Shown here in pieces: positions 57,645-64,000 of a stretch of DNA of 64,000 nt. How positions within the stretch are numbered: the stretch's first letter is position 1; each line of letters opens with the position of its first letter. The notes under the pieces were generated by a model. That model made no database searches, was not told the DNA's origin, and saw nothing but the letters and a program-made list of their open reading frames with translations. Source of the DNA: the human T2T-CHM13v2.0 reference genome, Homo sapiens; the NCBI RefSeq assembly GCF_009914755.1, contig NC_060929.1; one strand, given 5' to 3'. A program made the position numbers and the translations under genes.

Positions 57645-60600
57645 TGCCTCTAGCATTTTTGTGCTGCTATCATAATACCTAAGAATGGGTAATTTATAAT
57701 AAACAGAATTCATTGGCTCACAGTTCTGGAGGCTTGGAAGTCCAATATCAAAGTACCAGCATCTGGCAAGGGCCTTCTTGCAGCATCATTCCATGTTGGA
57801 AGATGGAAAGAGGGTGAGAAAGAACAAGAGGGGTCCAAACACACCTTTTAAATATTTTATTTTACTTCAGAAGTTTTGGGGGTACAGGTGGTTTTTGGTT
57901 ACATGGATAAGTTCTTTAGTGGTGATTTCTGAGATTTTGGTTCACCCATCACCTGAGCAGTGTACACTGTGCCCGATATGTAGCCTTTTTTTCTCACCCC
58001 CTTTCACCCTCCCCTCCAAGTCCCCAAAGTCCATTCTATCATTCTTATACCTCTGTATCCTCACAGCTTAGGTTATAAGCTAAGCTTATAAGTGAGTTCC
58101 CACTTATAAATGAGAACAAACGATAATTGGTTTTCCATTCCTGACTTACTTCACTTAGAATAATGGCCTCCAACTCCATCCAAGTTGCTGCAAATGCCAT
58201 CATTTTATTCCATTTTATGGCTGATTAGTATTCCATGGTGTATACATACCACATTTTCTTTATCTACTCATTGGTTGATGGATATTTAGGTTGGTTCCAT
58301 ATTTTTGCAATTGCAAATTGTGCTGCTATCAACATGGGTGTGCATGTGTCTTTTTCATATAATAACTTCTTTTCCTCCGGGTAGATACTCAGCAGTGGGA
58401 TTCCTGGATCAAATGGTAGTTCTACTTTTAGTTCTTTAAGGAATCTCCATACTGCTTTCCATAGTGGTTGTACTTGTTTACATTCCCACCAGCAGTGTAA
58501 AAGTGTTCCTTTTCACCATATCCATGTCAACATCTTTTATTTTTTGATCTTTTAAATTATGGCCACTCTTGCAGGAGTAAGGTGCTATCTCATTGTAGTT
58601 TTGATTTGTATTTCCCTGATAACTAGTGATGTTGAGCATTTTTTCATGTTTGTTGGCTGTATATCTTCTTTTGAGAATTGTCTGTTCATGTCCTTTGTGC
58701 ACTTTGTGATGAGACTATTTGTTTTTTCTTGCTGATTTCTTTGAGTTTCTTGTATATTTTGGATATTAGTCCTTTGTCAGATGCATAGTTTGAGAATATT
58801 TTCTCCCATTCTATGGGTTGTCTGTTTATTCTGCTGATAATTTATTTTGTTGTGCAGAAGTTTTTAATTTCATTACATTCCATCTGTTTATTTTTGTTGT
58901 TGTTGCATTTGCTTTGGGGTTCTTAGTCATGAATTCTTTGCCTAAGCCAATGTCTAGAAGAATTTTTCTGATGTTATCTTCTAGAATTTTTATGGTTTCA
59001 GATCTTAGATTTAAGTCTTTGGTCCATCTTGAGTTAATTTTTGTATACGGTAGGAGATGAGGATCCAGTTTCATTCTTCTGCATGTGGATTTCCAGTTAT
59101 TCCAGTACCATTTGTTAAAACAGGGTATCATTTCCCTGACTTTATGTTTTTGTATGCTTTGTGAAAGATCAATTGGATGTAAGTATTTGGCTTTATTTCT
59201 GGGTTCTCTATTCTGTTCCATTGGTCTATGTGCCTATTTCTATACCGGTACCATGTTGTTTTGGTAATGACATGCTCCCAGATTTGTTCTTTTTGCTTAG
59301 TCTTGCTTTGGTTATGTGGGTTCTTTTTTTGTTCCACATGAATTGTAGGATTGTTTTTTCTTTTTCTGTGAAGAATGGTGGTGGTATTTTGATGGGAATT
59401 GTATTGAATTTGTAGATTGCTTTTGGCAGTATGGTCATATTTACAATATTGATTCTACTCATCCATGAACATGGGATGTGTTTCTATTTGTTTGGGTCAT
59501 CTATGATTTCTTTCAGCAGTTTTGTAGTTTTCCTTGTAGAGATCTTTCACCTCACCAGTTAAGTATATTCCTAAGGTTTTTTTGTTTTGTTTTGTTTTTT
59601 GCAGCTATTATAAAAGGGATTGAGTTCTTGATTTGATTCTCAGTTTGGTCATTCTTGGTGTAGAGCAGAGCTACTGATTTATGCACATTGATTTTCTATC
59701 CTGAAACTTTGCTGATTTCATTTATCAGATCTGGGAGCTTTTTGGATAGTCTTTAGGGTTTTCTAAGTTTACGATCATATCATTGGTGAACAACGACAGT
59801 TTGACTTCTTCTTTTCCAATTTGGATGCCCTTAATTTCTTCCACCTGTCTAATTGCTCCGGCTAGGATTCCCAGTACTGTGTTGAATAGAAGTGGTGAAA
59901 GTGGTCATCCTTGTCTTCTTCCAGCTCTCAGGGGAATGCTTTCAACTTTTCCCCATTCAGTATGATGTTGGCTGTGGGTTTGCCATAGGTGGCTTTTATT
60001 ACTTTGAGGTATGAACATTTATGCCAATTTTGTTGAGGGTTTCTATCACAAAGCAATGCTGGATTTTGTCAAATGCCTTTTCTGCATCTATCGAGATGAT
60101 TATGTGATTTTTGTTTTTAATTCTGCTTATGTAATGTATCATACTTACTGATTTTCATATGTTAAACCATCCCTGCATCCCTGGTATGTAACCCACTTGA
60201 TCATGATGTATTTTTTTTATATGCTGTTGGATTCAGTTAGCTGGTATTTTGTTGAGGATTTTTGCATCTATGTTCATCAGGGATATCGGTCTGTCATTCT
60301 CCTTTTTTGTTATGTCTTTTCCTGGTTTTGGTATTAGGGTAATACTGGCTTCATAGAATGATTTAGGAAGTATTCCCTCTTTCACTATCTTTTGAAATAG
60401 TTTCATTAGGATTGGTACCAATTCTTTGAACGTCTGATAGAATTCAGCTGCAAACCCATTTGGTCCTGGACTTTTTTTGTGGGCAATTTTTTTTATTACT
60501 GATTTAATCTCACTGCTTGTTATTGGTGTGTTCAGAGTTTCTATTTCTTCCTCATTTAATCTAGAAGGATTGTATATTTCCAGGAATTTAGTTATCTTCT

Positions 60601-61628
60601 GTATATTTTCTAGTTTATATGCCTAAAGGTGTTTATAGTATCCTTGAATGATCTTTTGTATTTCTGTGGTATCAGTTGTAAGATCTCCCATTTCATTTCT
60701 AATTGAGCTTATTTGGATCTTCTCTCTTCTTTCTCTTCTTTCCTTGGTTAATCTCACTAAAAGTCTACCAATTTTGTTTATCTTTTCAAAGAATCAGCTT
60801 TTGTTTCATTTATCTTTTGAATTTTTTGTTTTAATTTCATTTAGTTCTGTTCTGATTTTTGTTATTTCTTTTTTCTGCTGGATTTGGGATTAGTTCATGT
60901 TTCTCTAGTTCCTTGAGAACTGGGTAATTTAGGTTGACATTAGGTTGTCTATTTGTGCTCTTTCAGACTTTTCGATGTAGGCATTTAATGCTATAACTCC
61001 CCTCTTAGCACTGCTTTTGCTGTATTCCAGAGGTTTTTGATAAGTGTATCACTATTATCATTCATTTCACAGAATTTTTTAATTTCCATCTTGATTTCAT
61101 TGTCAACCCAAAGACCATTCAAGAGCAGATTATTTAATTTCCATGTACTTGTGTAGTTTTGAGGGTTCATTTTGGAGTTAATTTCTAGTTTTAGTTCATT
61201 GTGGTCTGAGAAAATACTTGATATGATTTTCACTTTCTTAAATTTATTGAGACTTGTTTTGTGGCCTATCATATAGTCTATCTTGGAGAATGTTCCATGT
61301 ACTGATGAGAAGAATGTATATTCTGCAGTTATTGGGCAGAATATTCTATAAATATCTGTTAAGTCCATTTGTTCTAGTGTATAGTTTAAGTCCACTGTTT
61401 CTTTGTTGACTTTCTGTCTTGAAGACCTGTCTAGTGCTGTCAGTGGAGTATTGAAGTCTCCCACTATTATTGTCAAACTTGTCCTTTTATAACAGCACCA
61501 CGCCCACCTGTGAGAGCAGAGCCCTTGTGGCCTAATCACCTTTTAAATGTTCCACCTGTATGTACGGTTACAACGGCATTTAGATTTCAATATGAGTTTT
61601 TGAGGAGACAAACCTTCAAACCATAGCA
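57645..61628 (-). mobile_element. MST-family LTR split by the L1PB (pieces 57645-57849 and 61474-61628)
   Basis: GGGTAATTTATAATAAACAGAATTCATTGGCTCACAGTTCTGGAGG...; resumes CAAACTTGTCCTTTTATAAC...TTCAAACCATAGCA. Confidence 0.8.
57850..61473 (-). mobile_element. 5'-truncated L1PB with fragmented ORF2 (endonuclease to C-terminus)
   Basis: Minus-strand ORF pieces [11 protein letters not shown]...SDHN (endonuclease), [13 protein letters not shown] (RT) and MKLDPHL; L1PB 3' UTR; degenerate TSD CAAAC...CCTTTTA. Confidence 0.95.
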
Positions 61629-62229
61629 GTAGGAAAAAGAGGGAATAATTGATAGAGATGTACTTTAGTAAACAAGAAAGACTGAGATTGGCCTGTAACA
61701 GGCACCCAGATTGTTCATCTAAAAATAACACTCCCTTGAGTGAGATCACTTCAAAGGAGATGTTGGAGGTTTGAGGAGATAAGAGAAGGTATGAAACTGT
61801 CATTTAAGAGAGTGGGAAAGTAAATGGACTAGAAGAATACAGAACAATTCTCAAAAGTCATTAAGGCCCCACATGAGGATAATGAACATTAATTTACATT
61901 GATACCAATAAGCACAACTATGTGTTCTTTCCAAGCTAGGTTTGGTTATGCAGATGTAGACACCCACCAGGCAATAGCTGAATTAATCAGGGTTGTGGTT
62001 TTGCCAAGGCAATATGATGAGGTAAGAGAGAAAGGCAAAGGATTTGAGGATGAAATAAAGTGAATGATTATAGTGTTTGACTATGGAATTTAAACTGAGG
62101 AAGGAGGGAAAAGTGGCCCACAGGAAGAGGTGAGATAGCTAAAAAAAATGGTAGGATCAGTAGACTGTAGGTTCTAGTTGGATCCAAGGCTTGTTAGAGT
62201 TACAATATAGACAGACGAGTTAGAAACCC

Positions 62230-62488
62230 ATGGCTTATGCCTGTAATCCCAGCACTTTGGGAGGCTGAGACAGGTGGACTGCTTGAGCCCAGAAGTTTGA
62301 GACCAGCCTAGGCAACATGGCAAAGCTCTGTGTCCACAAAAAATACAAAAATTAGCTGGGCATGGTGATAATTCCAGCTACTTGGGAGGCTGAGGCGAGA
62401 GGATCCAATGAGCCCAGGAGGTTGAGTCTGCAGTGAGCCGTGATCAGGACACTGCACTCCAGCCTGGGCAGCAGAGAAAGACTCTGTC
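62230..62488 (+). mobile_element. AluJ (slightly 5'-truncated)
   Basis: TGGCTTATGCCTGTAATCCCAGCACTTTGGGAGG...AGACTCTGTC. Confidence 0.92.
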
Positions 62489-62836
62489 AGAAGGAAAAAA
62501 AGAAAGAAAGAGGGAAAGAGAGGAGAAAGGAGAGAGAGAAAAAAAAGAGAAAGAGAAAGAAGGAAAGAAAGAAAGAAAATAAAGAAAAGAAAGAAAGAAA
62601 GGGAGAGAGAGGAAGGGAGGAAGGAAGGAAGGAAGGAATGGAGGGAGGGAGGAAGGGAGAGGGGGAAGGAAAGAAGGAGGGAAAGAAGGAGGGAAGGAAG
62701 GAAGGAAAGAAGGGAGGAAAGAAGGAAGGAAGGAAGAGAGGAAGGAAGGAAGAAAGAAAGGGAGGAAGGGAGGGAGGGAAGGAAAAGAGGGAAAGAAGGA
62801 GGAAAGGAAGGAAGGAAGAAGAGAAAGAAAGAAAAG
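62489..62836. repeat. 348-bp GA-rich homopurine tract derived from an Alu tail
   Basis: GAAA/GGAA/GAGG units with only two T interruptions (62580, 62639). Confidence 0.95.
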
Positions 62837-63084
62837 TGGTTGTCAGAGAATAGTATGCAGCAAATTGAGATTATGAAGCTATTGCAATTATTGGCAACGA
62901 GAAGATCTAGGATATAATTACGAGAATGATGAGCTGAGGTATGGTGGAAGACAAGATTATTGGAGAAGAGATATCCAAGGAACTAAATGGCCAGGTTTTT
63001 GGAAGTTTCTCCCATGTGTTTATTAACATTACCAAGAATTAAGACAGGAGTAGTAAACAGTGGGTCAGGAAATAAAAGCAAGAA

Positions 63085-63418
63085 ATGAAGGACAATGGAG
63101 GGGAAAATGAGGAGATGTTGGTCAAAAGGGTACAAACTTGAAGTTATAAGATTAGTAATTTCTGGAGACCTAATGTACAACACTGTGACTATAGTTAGTA
63201 ATAATGTATTGTATACTTGAAATTTGCTAAGAGAGTAGATATTGAGTATTCTTAACTTACAAGACTATAAATATGTGAAGTGATGGATATGTTAATTAGC
63301 TTGATTGTGGTAATAATTTTATAATGTGTATGTGTCTCAAAACATCATATTGCACACTTTGAATATATATTTTCATTTGCCAATTATACCTCAATAAGGC
63401 TGAATTAAAAAAAAAAAA
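63085..63418 (+). mobile_element. L1MA-type 3' end
   Basis: GAGATGTTGGTCAAAAGGGTACAAACTTG...GAAATTTGCTAAGAGAGTAGAT...TACCTCAATAAGGCTG + polyA. Confidence 0.88.
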
Positions 63419-64000
63419 GCAAAATTCCCAGATCCTACCAAGAAGAAAATGAAAATAAAAGAAATGAAGAACCGTAACCCAGGTGGCTAGGAGACAGAAG
63501 CAATAATGGAGACAGTGGATGATATAGTCTGATGACCTGAGCCTCACATCTGAGTATTTTTTTTAGGGAGAAAGAAGTGAGAATGCTCTGAAACTGGTGA
63601 CAAGGAGCAAAGAGGACACATACTCCCACCTGGCCCCAGTTGTATGGAAGAAGAAATATCTTACCACTTGACAGTGTAGGAGTAGGCTCAGGAGAGAGCT
63701 AGGTTTCAATTAGAGCAAGTGAGGGGAACCTTTAGAGAGGGTTGAAGATATAGAACTGTTTGTTGATGCTGGATCATGAGTTGCAAAGGACACAGTGTTA
63801 AAGGTTTCGGAAATTAGGGAGTGGTGGGAAAAACGAATAAAATAGGAGATATGCACAGAGTAGAAATTAGAATGGGAAATGAATAGGAAAGAGAGTATTG
63901 TGCTATTTGCAGATTTAATCTCAGACTAATTTTAGTGGGCTGGAGGCAGAGACTAGTGGTAAGGTTGTAAGCGTTGAGGAACAAGGAATAGTGGTTTTCC

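Larger units (their letters stand above)
61740..64000 (-). mobile_element. L2 remnants interrupted by AluJ, a GA-rich tract and an L1MA 3' end
   Basis: Purine-rich plus strand typical of antisense L2 (GAAATTGAGATTATG, GAGGAATAGTGG); low identity. Confidence 0.45.

Noticed and set aside
60991-61539. 182-aa ORF with endonuclease motifs
   Set aside because: Chance fusion of MST LTR sequence to a truncated L1PB endonuclease domain; no sign of a real gene.
62440-62853. 137-aa K/E/G/R-rich ORF
   Set aside because: Translation of an Alu end plus a homopurine repeat, which cannot contain stop codons.

Overview
This is primate (very probably human) genomic DNA, AT-rich and CpG-poor, made mostly of decayed transposable elements. 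I see no intact protein-coding gene, RNA gene or CRISPR-like array. The ORFs I could assign derive from Alu, L1, LTR or low-complexity sequence, and the rest are short with no recognisable domain. The window holds about 15 Alu/FLAM copies, two large 5'-truncated L1s with broken ORF2 (47147-49628 +, 57850-61473 -), many MaLR/ERVL LTRs (MLT1, MST, THE1, MLT2, LTR16, LTR33), solo MER51, LTR12C and LTR3-like LTRs, DNA transposons (Charlie4a, MER2, Tigger3a) and simple repeats. The best observations are: (1) a patchwork insertion at 45938-46058 assembled from local templates up to 4 kb away and flanked by an 8-bp duplication; (2) LTR12C and an LTR3-like LTR inserted 20 bp apart, facing a convergent THE1 that keeps a DUX4-type motif; (3) a fossil ERVL pol (RT-RNase H-integrase) split by six nested insertions; (4) a collapsed LTR16/ERVL provirus with an internal inversion; (5) an MLT1 nested in an MLT1 in the opposite orientation, forming a ~450-bp-arm fold-back. 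I found no evidence of a new gene-based biological system. Family and subfamily names come from my recall of consensus sequences and need RepeatMasker/Dfam confirmation.
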